Part shown: positions 37,886-49,200 of the stretch, in pieces | Layout: each line of letters begins with the position of its first letter | How positions within the stretch are numbered: the stretch's first letter is position 1 | Origin: Okamejei kenojei | Lineage: Eukaryota | Reading direction: 5' to 3' | Assembly: GCA_035221665.1 (NCBI GenBank) | Contig: CM069174.1 | Span: 11,222,001-11,286,000, forward strand | Length of the DNA: 64,000 nt | The notes under the pieces: model-generated | The model's input: the letters and a program-made list of their open reading frames with translations, nothing else | Told to the model about the DNA's origin: nothing | The model's database searches: none | Translations under genes and position numbers: made by a program

Positions 37886-38524
37886 GCTGTGCACGTTTCA
37901 TAGCAGCAGAGGGCAGCGGCCAACCGAACAACTTAAAATCAGGTGGGGTGAGTGGGTGAAAGTTCTTGGGAAATTGGGGAAGAATGCAGAAGAACAAAAG
38001 AGCACTGTATAACAAAAGCAGGAAGACAAGAATGCAGGACAAAATCAATTGTTCTCACACTCCTGCAAATGCAACTTTTAAGTTAGCCAAAAGGTGGTTG
38101 GGTAGGGACACACACAATATAATGTACTCGTGGTGAAATGAATTCTTGGCATCAACAACACACAGTTGCTCCCCAGATATCTTTCTTCAGTCCTGACAGC
38201 ATTCAGAAATGTCTTGTGGCGTTCTTAGCTGTAATCAGCCTGTGGAGTAAACAGAGATTTAATATCCCAAAACAAAAGCAATCACTACCACAGAAGAGAG
38301 GGACAATATGCTGCCGCCATCAATCTCTGTCCACACCCGACTTCAACCCCATGGCAGGTTCAATTCCTTCCTTCCCCCCGTACATCTGGCAGTCACACTG
38401 TGTGTACTCGAGCACAGTGACAGAACAAGTAGTTTTATACAAATTATCAAAAGACCCCACTTGCGCCGGCTGTAGGGCGTGAGGGCCCCGGCTGTTCACA
38501 AGTTATACGGATGAGTTGGATGAA

Positions 38525-38770
38525 GTGGCGCAACTGGTAGAGGGGCTGCCTCACGGTGCCAGAGACCCAGGTACAATCTTGACCCCGTGCGCTGTCTGTG
38601 TGAAGTTTGCACGTTCTCCCTGAGACTCTGCGGGTTTGTAGGTTAATTGGCTTCTGTAATTTGTCCCGAGTGTGTAGGGAGTGGATGAGAAAGTGGGATA
38701 ACATAGAACTAGTGTGAACGGGTGACCATGGGCTCAGTGGGCCAAAGGGCCTCTTTCCATGCTGTATCTT
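38525..38770 (+). mobile_element. HE1-like V-SINE
   Basis: tRNA-like head and gtgtgaagtttgcacgttctccc core. Confidence 0.7.
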
Positions 38771-39031
38771 AACCTAAAAACAAGGAATCACCATCAGCAG
38801 TTCCTTATTTCTAAATCACCTTTGATGCTTCCAATTTGAATTACTTTTAAGAATCTTAACACCAAGATGCTGTTGGGAGTCCCATTTCAGACTGTTAACC
38901 ATCATATTTCAACAAAAATGTGTTGATGTAACAAAATAAAACTAATTACATGTAAGAACAGAGAGATGAAACAGTTTCAAGAACTTTTAATTAAAATAAA
39001 AAGTATCTAAAGTGTCTGCATCTTTGATAAC

Positions 39032-39287
39032 ATTCAAGCCGGCCTCAGCAGGAAAACTAAGCCACCGGTTTAGTGAAAGGAAGCTAAACGTATAGAAGAT
39101 TAATATAGAACAAGAAGTATTTTAAATAATAATCAATATTTTCCTCAGACTATTGAAAAAATTCAAGCCGGCCTCAGCAGGAAAACTAAGCCAGCGGTTT
39201 AAGGAAAGGAAGCTAAACATATAGAATAAGATTAATATAGAATAAGAATGTATTTTAAATAATAATCAATATTTTCCTCAGATTATT
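39032..39287. repeat. Tandem duplication of a ~125-bp unit in TIMELESS intron 1
   Basis: 39032-39154 and 39161-39287 both begin attcaagccggcctcagcaggaaaactaagcc. Confidence 0.9.
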
Positions 39288-39348
39288 TGTGACTTATCGT
39301 GTGTGTGGTAAATAAAACAAGATGTCATGTCGCGATTTATAAACTCAC

Positions 39349-39560
39349 CTGGTCTGTTGGTCTCAACAGCCTTTAAATGTTTACGTGATAAGTTTCTGTT
39401 CAGTGAAGCTTTGATAAGAGTTTTATTTTAAACGTTAGATGAATTATATTTTGGCCGCGAGTGCGGGCGCCGGCGAGCGACTGCGCTTTTCCCGCCAAGT
39501 GCGGGGCCGCTGGGCGGGCGCGCGCGCGGGGCGGAGCGGGGAGGGGGGGACTGGCTCAGA
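39349..39560 (-). promoter_or_regulatory. CpG-island promoter and probable non-coding first exon of TIMELESS
   Basis: GC/CpG-rich tract 39450-39550; E2F site TTTTCCCGCC 39487-39496; GC box GGGGCGGAG 39528-39536; minus-strand donor cag|gtgagt with exon end at 39349. Confidence 0.7.
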
Positions 39561-40183
39561 CAATGGAAAACACGCACTAACCCTCACAAATATCGCCCGA
39601 GAAAAGACAACCCGGTCATCCAACCCACCCGACAACATATTCCTCCCACCGGTTTACCGAATAACGTCCCATACTGAGTTTAAAGGACATCAATTCATCG
39701 TCTCTCTGCCTCCCCCCCCCATCCAGTGGAGGATTAAAGCAGTCCAGCCGCGCGCTGATCCGCCGTCGATACAAAAGATGATTTATTTTGAAATAAATCA
39801 CCAATATTTCCCTCAGAGTGTTAGCGATTTACCGTGTTTGCCAAGTTTCATGAGGTGATTTGTGTTTCGCGAGGGCGGTGAATGGCGTTGAACGCCTCCG
39901 CATCCGACCATTTGCTGGCGATCATTGCCGATAAGAAGTTGGCGCTTGACATTGACAGGGTTTCCTTCAGCAGCATGTTTTCATTGTCGCCTGGTTTAAT
40001 AGTTTAATATTTTAAACCAGTTGCCACCATTAAAGCGTTGCGGGCTGCTTCCGGGGACCGGGGTGGGGGGGGACACGTCCTCCTCCCTCCCTCCCTGCTT
40101 TTGTGAATGGGGTTGACGGCGATTATCGCCGTCCTTGCGCCTCGCCGCACTGGTGCCGAGGACAATAAACTCCATTTCATGTT

Positions 40184-40360
40184 GAAGAAGGAACTGCAGA
40201 TGCTGGAAAATCGAAGGTGGACACAACAAATGCTGGGGAAACTCAGCGGGTGCGGCAGCATCTATGGGGCGAAGGAGATCGGTCTCGTCCCGAAACGCTG
40301 CCCATCTCCTTCGCCCCATAGATGCTGCCGCACCCGCTGAGTTTCTCCAGCACTTTTTGT
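40184..40360. mobile_element. Penelope-derived fold-back insertion just upstream of the tRNA
   Basis: Inverted arms; imperfect duplication tccatttcatgtt / tccattttaatgtt. Confidence 0.75.
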
Positions 40361-40432
40361 CCATTTTAATGTTTATTTGTGCTTACTGCTCGCTTTGTAT
40401 TATTACTCTATCCCGGCAATTCTTTAATACCA

Positions 40433-40529
40433 GTCACGGTGTGCGAGTGGGGTTAAGGCCGTTGGGTTTTAGGGGGGACTCGAAATCCAATGGGGATTCC
40501 CCGCACAGGTTCGAATCCTGTTCGTGACG
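40433..40529 (+). tRNA. TRS-CGA: tRNA-Ser(CGA), with apparent insertions in the D arm and anticodon stem
   Basis: Acceptor stem GTCACGG/TCGTGAC, anticodon CGA 40481-40483, long variable arm GGGGATTCCCC, T arm GGTTCGAATCC, discriminator G, TTTT terminator 40539-40542. Confidence 0.85.
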
Positions 40530-41989
40530 GCGTGTTTCTTTTCGTTATTCGCAATTTTATTCAAACCTACCAGCAAAGATTTATAGAAACATAAAAGAGA
40601 GAGGAATTCGACTTCGAGCCAGCACCGCCATGAATTCAATTGATGATGAAGGTAAACATTCCAACACAGCAGTGAAAGGAAATATTCCGTACCATGCCTT
40701 CTCTCCATACCCCTGATCCCTTTAGCCACAAGGGCCACAACTACTCCCTTAAATATAGCCAATGAACTGGCCTCAACTAACCTTCTGTGGCCCGCAGGAG
40801 TAATTCCAGATTTCACCACTCTCTGGGTGAAATAAAAATGTTTTTCGCATCTCTCGGTCCTAAAAAGGACTTCCATTTATCCCTTTAAACTGTGACCCCT
40901 TGTTCTGGGAAGTAGGATATAAATATAGTTCTCGCCCCTTAAGGGGTCACACACTATCCTGTTTTACACCGGTTTGGTGTGGTATATCAATAAACAGAAT
41001 ATTATTACAATGGTTTATTCATGATAGTTTACAATATACCACAACTTTATTCCATGGAGACAAAAAAAAACTTCAGTTATAAATGCTTCAGTAAGTCTTG
41101 AGAGCTGGGTTTTCACATCTACCTGTTATCTCTACTTTATCCACAAATGCTGACAAACCCAGCTGTGAATCGAGCATTCACTGTACAATACAATGGAAGG
41201 TTATCCAGGAAGTTAAATTGATCTACCCACAGTAATAAAACACGAGAAACATGAAATTAAATTGATCAGGGGACAACAGGGGCTATATTACAATCATTCT
41301 CTTTTTAATAAAAATAAGAACAGAAAATGTTGACAACATTCAGGTGTGGAGGGGAAAAACAGTCAACATTTTCTCCAGACCTGGAAAAAATGACAAAATA
41401 ACCTTTTTTAAGTGGGGGTGGAGAGGGGAATTGACTGAAGTGAAATGAATGCAACTTATAGCTAAAGATAGACACAAAATACTGGAGTAACACAGGACTG
41501 GCAGCATCTCTGGAGAGAAGGATAATGTTTCGCATCAAGATCCTTCTTCAGACTAATGTCAGGGGAGAGGGAGATATATAGATAAGAGTGTAAGGTGTGA
41601 AAATAGGACAAAGAATAGAGATCAAGGCGAGTCTGGGTCAAAATGTGGTCGTTGAGTGGAAGACCAGGAGGAATCACAGAGGGGGAGCAGCAAGAGAGGC
41701 TGGAGCTGAACTCTCGGCGGAGAGGAGAAAGTAGACATACCTTGAGATTTCACAGTGGAGCAGATGATTTTTGTGGAGTGTAAAGAAGAACATGAATAAA
41801 GGCAGAAAAGGAAAAAAAAACTAGCCATTGGAACAGTTGAGATGCAGAATTCAACAACTGCTATAAATTAGGAATAAAGGAGGATATTGGAAATACTCAA
41901 TGAAATGGATGTCATCTGCAGCGAGAGAAAATTGAGTTAATGGAAGGACTTGCATGACAACTGGCCAATTTAACACAAATAGGAAAGGC

Positions 41990-43320
41990 TGACTATTTGA
42001 AAGAGTTTAATTCAGTTTCAAATCCAGAGGGCTATGATATGTCGAGATGGAAGAAGAGGTGCTGTTGCTTGAGCTTACTTTGGAACAGTGTAGGAGGCTG
42101 AAGATAAAAGTCAGAGCGGACAGTCAACTAGAAACTCAGGGCCACTCTTACAGTCCGAATGAGGATGATCCACGAAATTGTCAACCAAGCTAGCCCTAGT
42201 GAGCCCACACCTGGAGTATTGTGTGCAGTTTTGGTCCCCTAATTTGAGGAAGGACATTCTTGCTATTGTGGGAGTAAGTTTACAAGGTTACTTCCCAGGA
42301 TGGCGGGACTGTCATATGCTGAGAGAATGGAGCAGCTGGGCTTGTACACTCTGGAGTTTAGAAGGATGAGAGGGGATCTTATTGAAACATAAGATTGTTA
42401 AGGGCTTGGACACACTAGAGGCAGGAAACATGTTCCCAATGTTGGGGGAGTCCAGAATCAGGGGCCACAGTTTAAGAATAAGGAGTAAGCCATTTAGAAC
42501 AGAGACGAGGAAACACCTTTTCTCAGAGAGAGTGGCGGGTCTGTGGAATTCTCTGCCTCAGAGGGCGGTGGAGGCAGGTTCTCTGGATGCTTTCAAGAGA
42601 GAGTTAGATAGAGCTCTTAAAATTAGCAGAGTCAGGGGATATGGGGAGAAGGGAGGAATGGGGTACTGATTTGGGATGATCAGCCATGATCATATTGAAT
42701 GCTGGTGCTGGTTCGAAGGGCCAAATGGCCTACTCCTGCACCTATTGTCTATTGCTTAAGCTGCATTTGATTTATCCAATGTAAAAGACAATCACATTAT
42801 ACACGTCAAACAATATACACCTAAATGGAAGAACTGCAAGTGAATCTCCGCATCATCTGGGAGAACTATTTTGGACTCTAGCTGTTGCAAAGGGACGAGA
42901 TAAAAGGTGTGTGCATCTTCCGGGAATTGTATAGGGAAAAAGTGCAGTGAAATGGGGAATGGTTTTGGAGATGGGGAAAAAAAAAAAATTGAACCAGGAA
43001 GTCACATCCTTCAAAGTCTGAAAGGCAAGGAAAGATGGTTCTGGTGGTGGAACCTTGTTAAATGACTGAGGGCAATTCATTAAACAGAGGCGGGTGAGAT
43101 TGAGGGTAAAAGTAACCTCATCACTTCTCTGGTTGAGATGATATAGTATAATAAGAACCATATAACCATGTTGTTAAGAGTTCTCTCCAAGCCATGGTTA
43201 AGGGAAAGGAAATCTCAAGAGCACTGGTATGGAAAGTCTCATCAAAGCAGATTCAGAGACACTCAGTAAATGGAATGAGATTCTTGCAGGGAGAAAGATG
43301 GAAGAAGGTGGTTAAGATAG
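41990..43320 (-). mobile_element. Old Penelope-like element fragment interrupted by a CR1
   Basis: KLKQQHLFFHL...PSGFETELNSF (GIY-YIG C-terminus remnant) on - near 42000-42080. Confidence 0.5.
42190..42752 (+). mobile_element. CR1-type LINE 3' end
   Basis: PHLEYCVQFWSP, RGHSLRI, LWNSLPQRAVEA; ctattgtctattg tail. Confidence 0.9.
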
Positions 43321-43335
43321 CTGTCGGACTTTATG

Positions 43336-43513
43336 TTTAAGAAAGAACCGCAGATGCCGGAAAAATCGAAGGGAGACAAAACTGCTGGAGGAACTCAGCG
43401 GGTGAGGCAGCATCTATGGAGCGAAGGAATAGGTGTGACCCTGCAAGCGTCTCGACCCGAAATGGCGCCTATTCCTTCGCTCCATAAATGCTGCCTCACC
43501 CGCTGAGTTCCTC
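43336..43513. mobile_element. Penelope-derived fold-back insertion
   Basis: 15-bp duplication with 1 mismatch (43321-43335, 43514-43528). Confidence 0.8.
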
Positions 43514-45299
43514 CTGTAGGACTTTATGGTCATTTACCTACTCCTAGATGAAGATGGGGAAGATTCAGATGTGGACCATTGAGAGCATTAAACGTGATGA
43601 ACTTTTCATCTGTGCAGTTGTAATAAACGGTGCCAATACAGTTATCAAGAGGCTGAAGTAGAACTGAAGCAGGGACTGCGTAGGAAGGAGTTGCAGATGC
43701 TAGTTTAAACCGCAGATAGACACAAAAAGCAGGGACCGTTCCACATAACTTGCATAGATACAGCTGTAGCTTGGGAAAGTTCCCAGTTACACCTTGGATG
43801 TGGACCAAGCCAGTTAAAAACATTATTAAATGCCAGTACAAGCTCAGTATTTTCTGTTCTTATTTCAGACTTTTTTTATTTTGCATTTCAGTTGGCTCCA
43901 TGGTTGCAAAAAGTATTTTTACAGCAGCTAAAGAAAAAAATGATTAAGTTTGGTAGACCTTTATTTCAAGTACATTTCATAAATTATCAGGAGAGTTTGG
44001 ACTCCAACATTGAGTTCTATCTTTTAAATAATATTTAAAAAATTGCAAAATGCGATTTGAACTCAATTGTATTCTTTTAGTTTAGTTCCAGCGTAAAAGC
44101 CGACTCTTTGCTTGTTGCATGACAAGTTGTGTTCGCAACCACACACCAAAGCAAATTCTCTGGGGCGAATAGTTCTTGCAGATAGAATGTGGTATCATCA
44201 CCACGAAAAAGGGAAAAGCATCCAAAGAACAAACCGTCTCGACAGGAAGAGGAAAGAATTGCACAGGCATGTTTTTTGGAAAAATTCTTTTGGTGGGAAA
44301 GGAATTGTGTATTCCTACCTCCATTTGGGAATTGTTTTGCGCAGATTCACTTTGTCTGGCATACGGTAGACTTTACTGCCAGTCCCACCTTCAAATCACT
44401 CACTGATCACATTGTCAATAGGATTAGAGACCAACTTCAAATAAAAGCACATGGCACCTAAAGGTTCCAGCTTCCTTCAATGTCAACTATTAAGTCAGCA
44501 GAAACCAGTGGTGGTGAAGTTGCCCTGACGGCACGATCCGTATGGAAGCAAGGCCCGTTTCTCTCCATTTTGTTGTTTTTCCAAAAACAGGGATTGCAAA
44601 TAGAAGTTGTAGCAAAAGCAGCTTGTGCACAGTTCTGTAGTTTTGCGCCGCATTGCACTGATATCGGCTATATTGCAACAAAATTGCACCACAGCATTGA
44701 AGCAGATACGTGGATAGGAAAGGTGCAGGAAGGCATGCACCAAATGGGACATCTTTGCTGGCACGGACAAGTTGGGCCAAAGGGCCAGTGTCCACGCTGT
44801 ATGACTCAAAGACACCAAACCATGTAGTTGAGTAGAAGATCTGAAGCAGTGGTCGTGAAATTCAAACCTTTTCATCTTCAACTTATTAATACAACCACCA
44901 CTCGTCAACCGTTCTTCCCATTCGTATGCGCAGAAATTAAACGACTCCCTATCACATGCATTGTGCAATTTAATTTGCAAATCCAAAATAAAGCTCAGCA
45001 TCAATTTTTAATTAAATAAATTTTTGCATAAATTGGTATATTGCACACCAAAAACATTATCTAGCTGGCCTCTTTCTATGTGGTTAATGCCACTGTGGCA
45101 AGGGGAAATGTAGGAACCTATAACTACACGTCAATACTTGATGCCGTTTCTGCGCAGGTCAGCTGAAGAGGCCACACTAACGCAAGTCACCCGAATCCAA
45201 GCTCAGAATGCGAGATGAATATAATTGCGGGCCACTCAAAGAGGCACATGAAAGATGCAAGGTGGAAAGAAAAAGACAAGACACAAAATAAAAACCCAA

Positions 45300-48200
45300 A
45301 TGCATACGATGGAGTTTTATTTCCAGATAATTTATATTTTTTTAAAAAGTGTTTCGTTCATTAATACCAAGTGCCACAGCTTTTCAAAATACAACACAAC
45401 TAATCAGCTACAGGTGACAATTCTGGACTTCAAACACTTCTCCAAGTCACAAAATAACCGGTGTACCCAAGAGGTCCACTTTAAAAAGGTGCGCACACAC
45501 AGACAGACAATACATATATATTTTATAAAATTAAAACAAAGCATTGAATTGTTTTCCAGAGCAACTAAAAGAAAGTAACACTTCATACAAGATTGCTCAT
45601 TTTATCTTTTTTTACTGCACGGAAACAGTTTAATACCATTCATCTTCCCATGTACAGTATCCAATAGATAACCATTTATATCAACTACTGCATAACCAGC
45701 ACCATAGTCTTTAAGACTAATGGAATGGCCAAAGTTTCAAGTGTGGTTTGAGAGATTTACTCCCGTGTGACCAAATAATTAAATCTACTATTGTTTTGAA
45801 ATGATGATTTGAACACATGAATAAAAGACTATTAGATAGCTCCAAGAGAATGGCTAGAAGGAGGGCCCTCCCTACCCCAGCACCTCTCACTGTGAACTAA
45901 AAGACATCAGGCCTTTTGCTCCAGACCACTTTCCAGCATTAATGCACGCTGACAAGTCTAAACCCGCATGCCAAAATTTACAGAAATGCCTTCAAATCCA
46001 AACAGCCCCACTGAAGTCAAGCGCAGAAGAGCAAGTTAGCGCTCCACCATCGAGAAGACAGACAGAGATACTCTGGCATATTCCCCAAGTGACGAAGTTA
46101 CAGGAATGGATAGTGCCACACATTCATCACAACAGAATTCCCCGTAGTCAAAATGAATCCAAGCTTGTTATGAACAGCTTTTCACACTGCCATAGTTTCC
46201 TTAAGGACGGATTTAATTCAAAAGGCCCTTGGCTGCAAAGCAAAAACGCTGGAGCAAGTACTGCAATTCTAGGTAGAGGATGTACAGATGAGATTAAAGT
46301 CATACTTCTAGGTGCCAATTTTCTGCACATGACCAACTAAGGCAGACTGAGCAGTTTCTTTCCTCCACTACAAAATGCCCAGCCCTCCCCAACACCCTCC
46401 CCCAAAAAGAAAAATTCACTTTACAGGGTTTCCCCCTCAGTCACAGTAGGGCCAGAGTACTGGGCCAAAAGTGGTCATGTGCCATCCTGACAGGAAGCGA
46501 AGTTTCCAAATATATAAAAGTCATCAACACTACTTTTGCATGGCTTAAATTACCACAGAGAGGGAAGAGAGAAAAGAAATAGGACCAAAGGATGGGAAGA
46601 CTGGTCAAGAATATGTAATGCTCAGAAGCTGAACCATTCTAGTTACTGCAAACTGGTGTACAAACCTACATTTAATTTAAACCATCCAATATTTATTTCC
46701 GCCCCCCCCCCAAAAAAAGTGTAGGATAAAATATTTCTCTGCCGACTGAAAGCCCGAAAATCAGACAAAAGCCAAGCTTCAACGTTTTTTTTTAAAAAAA
46801 AGTTGAAAGATTTCTGGAAAGGTTATTTCACATCTCAAGTAGAGTCCATAACACAGTGGTAGATCCTTCAACAGAAGTCACAAACTTCCTCAGGTGCAAC
46901 CACAACGAATAGAAAAAGGGGTTTCCTCTCACATTGTCTGAGCACTGAAAGCATTTAAATCCCTCAAGAAACTTAAGCCACCTAATTTTCACCCTCTTGG
47001 AACAAATGTAACATCTTATATGCATGATGCTCAAAAACGATATACATTCAAGACATGCACAATAGATTTGTCTGGAAGTGCCACGGCACGAGGGACTTAG
47101 ATGGAGAGTAGTTCAGATCCATCAAGTGTAAAATCTACCCAGGAGTGAATCAATACCACACAGACTTATCGCCAAGTCCTAACAGAAGCTAAAGAGTGTT
47201 CCACATTTGTATGGTTCAGCTGGAAAACTAGGAGAGAGTTTGTGCATCAACTCTCTCAATCCTAATCTGTGGACAAAACAAATGGCAAGACTAAAAAAAA
47301 CACACAAAAAAAAAAAAACACATACACAAATTCTACCTAGAGTTTATTGGTTCACAGCACTTTTTCTTCTGCAATCACCCCCACCCCAATTCCCAACAGC
47401 AAAGTCAACTCAATGTTGCAGACTTGTCCCCATCGATCTGCTCATTCTTAGCTGCTTTGCATTAAATTTAGCTGGGGGGGGGGGGGTGAATGATTAACCC
47501 CTCCCCTGGAAGTCACCGCTATATATAGTCCCTGTTTTAGGTACAGTCACCAGCGTACTGGCACCCATTTCAGTCAGTGGCACTAAAGCCATGTCAAGTG
47601 AATATAATATTTGATGTACACATTTTAAATTCAAGCTTTCAAAGCCACCTTCAGTCATATATATTTTTGGAATCCTATGCGAGCTCAGCCTTCATTCCAG
47701 CTTCCAGTCCTGCAGTCATACCCGCAACTTCTAATTACGTGATGAGGCAGCTGGGTAATTTATGCAGCTTGCATGAATATAGAGCATCACATATAGGCTC
47801 ATTTAATCAGGGTTTTGTATATAACTAGAAAGCCATCTCAATTGAGATGTGGAAGTCACAACTAAAATACTTGTAGGATTTTACAAAGTGTGAATGCTCA
47901 TCCTTTTGTTGCTCCTTCCCTATACACTGGATACACCTCTCCCCCATTTTGGCCACGCTGTCACAGGACTCCATTTTAGATATCATTTGACTTCAGTTTT
48001 ACAATTGGTTCAGTTAAGGCAAACTCAAAGGCAGGAATTAGGTTGTAAATAAATTTGGCAGAGGTTAACATAAAAAAAGGGACTACAAATGGCTTGCCCT
48101 GTTAAAAAGTGTCCACTTTTTACTGCCTTGAAAATGAAAGAAGTCACACTTCACGTTATCAAGTTGTTTTCACGGACTAAACATCATTCTACACGTTGTC

Positions 48201-48845
48201 ACTTGGATTTTTGCATAAGTTTTTTTTATATCATGCCCGAGTATAGACACATTGCAGCAAATCAGCCTTTTAGATTGCTTTAGTGGATATTAAGCCATGT
48301 AGTGCATACAATATTAGCATCTATAGTTTGCCCAACAGGTCTGCTCTTACAGAAACCTCAGGAATTTATCCCTCAAAACCTCTCGGAAAGTTTTGCATTG
48401 TTCACTGAAACAGTGTTAACAACATCTACTACAATAAAAATATTGTCCATTAACATTTTCTACTTAAAACAAAAAAAAGGGGAAACAGACCAAAGATATT
48501 AAATAGAGCACAACGAGCCACTGCAGGCACCACAAGTGTTAGGTTTCTTGTATGGCATCTGGAATGGATTCAGAATTGTACTTTCTGCTTTTAAATCTTT
48601 GATGAATAAATACAAAAGGTTGGGACTAAGGTTCTGTGAGCTGTAAACTCATTCTTTAAGCGAGTTCTGGAGCTTCAAAGGTGGTGGTCAAACAATCCAT
48701 AATGCAATTTGGCATTAAGCCTTTGTTCACGTCGAAGTCTGCTTCCCAAAGATATTCTGGAGGGCAAGGGCAAGTCTTGCATTCTTCTCGTGTTACAAAC
48801 TTCAATTCAGAAGGAGGTGGAAAAAGGGAAAAAAAAAAAATTGCG
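45300..48845 (-). other. Probable long RNF41 3' UTR
   Basis: About 3.5 kb with no recognisable transposon fragments after the stop; first clear minus-strand AATAAA at 45321-45316, another at 43965-43960. Confidence 0.55.
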
Positions 48846-49200
48846 TTAAAAGATTTCCTCCACTCCATGAGCGAAAATCATCACCAGACCAGGCTCCATG
48901 ATCATGTCCTCTCCCATGTGCTGGTTCTCACAGGCCATCACCACCACAGCTTGCTTCCCTGGGATCCGTTTAGCTACATAGTTCTCGTAGAACCTGCGGT
49001 TCATTTGGCGAGTCTCTAGTGTGGCCAGGCCCTGAGGCCAGTTCCTCTCGTGTGCGTTCTCGATGAGGTCATTGACTATAGACATTGGGCATCCGCTGTC
49101 AATGAGAGACCGCTTAATGACTGCTTGCAGGACTGCATCAGGGGTGGAGATCATGCCACCCCATCGGGTTACTCTAGCAGGTTGCAATGAATTGACCCAC
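48846..49200 (-). CDS. RNF41: RNF41 last coding exon (WVNSLQPARVTRWGG...FAHGVEEIF*)
   Basis: 355 nt, TAA at 48848-48846. Confidence 0.97.
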
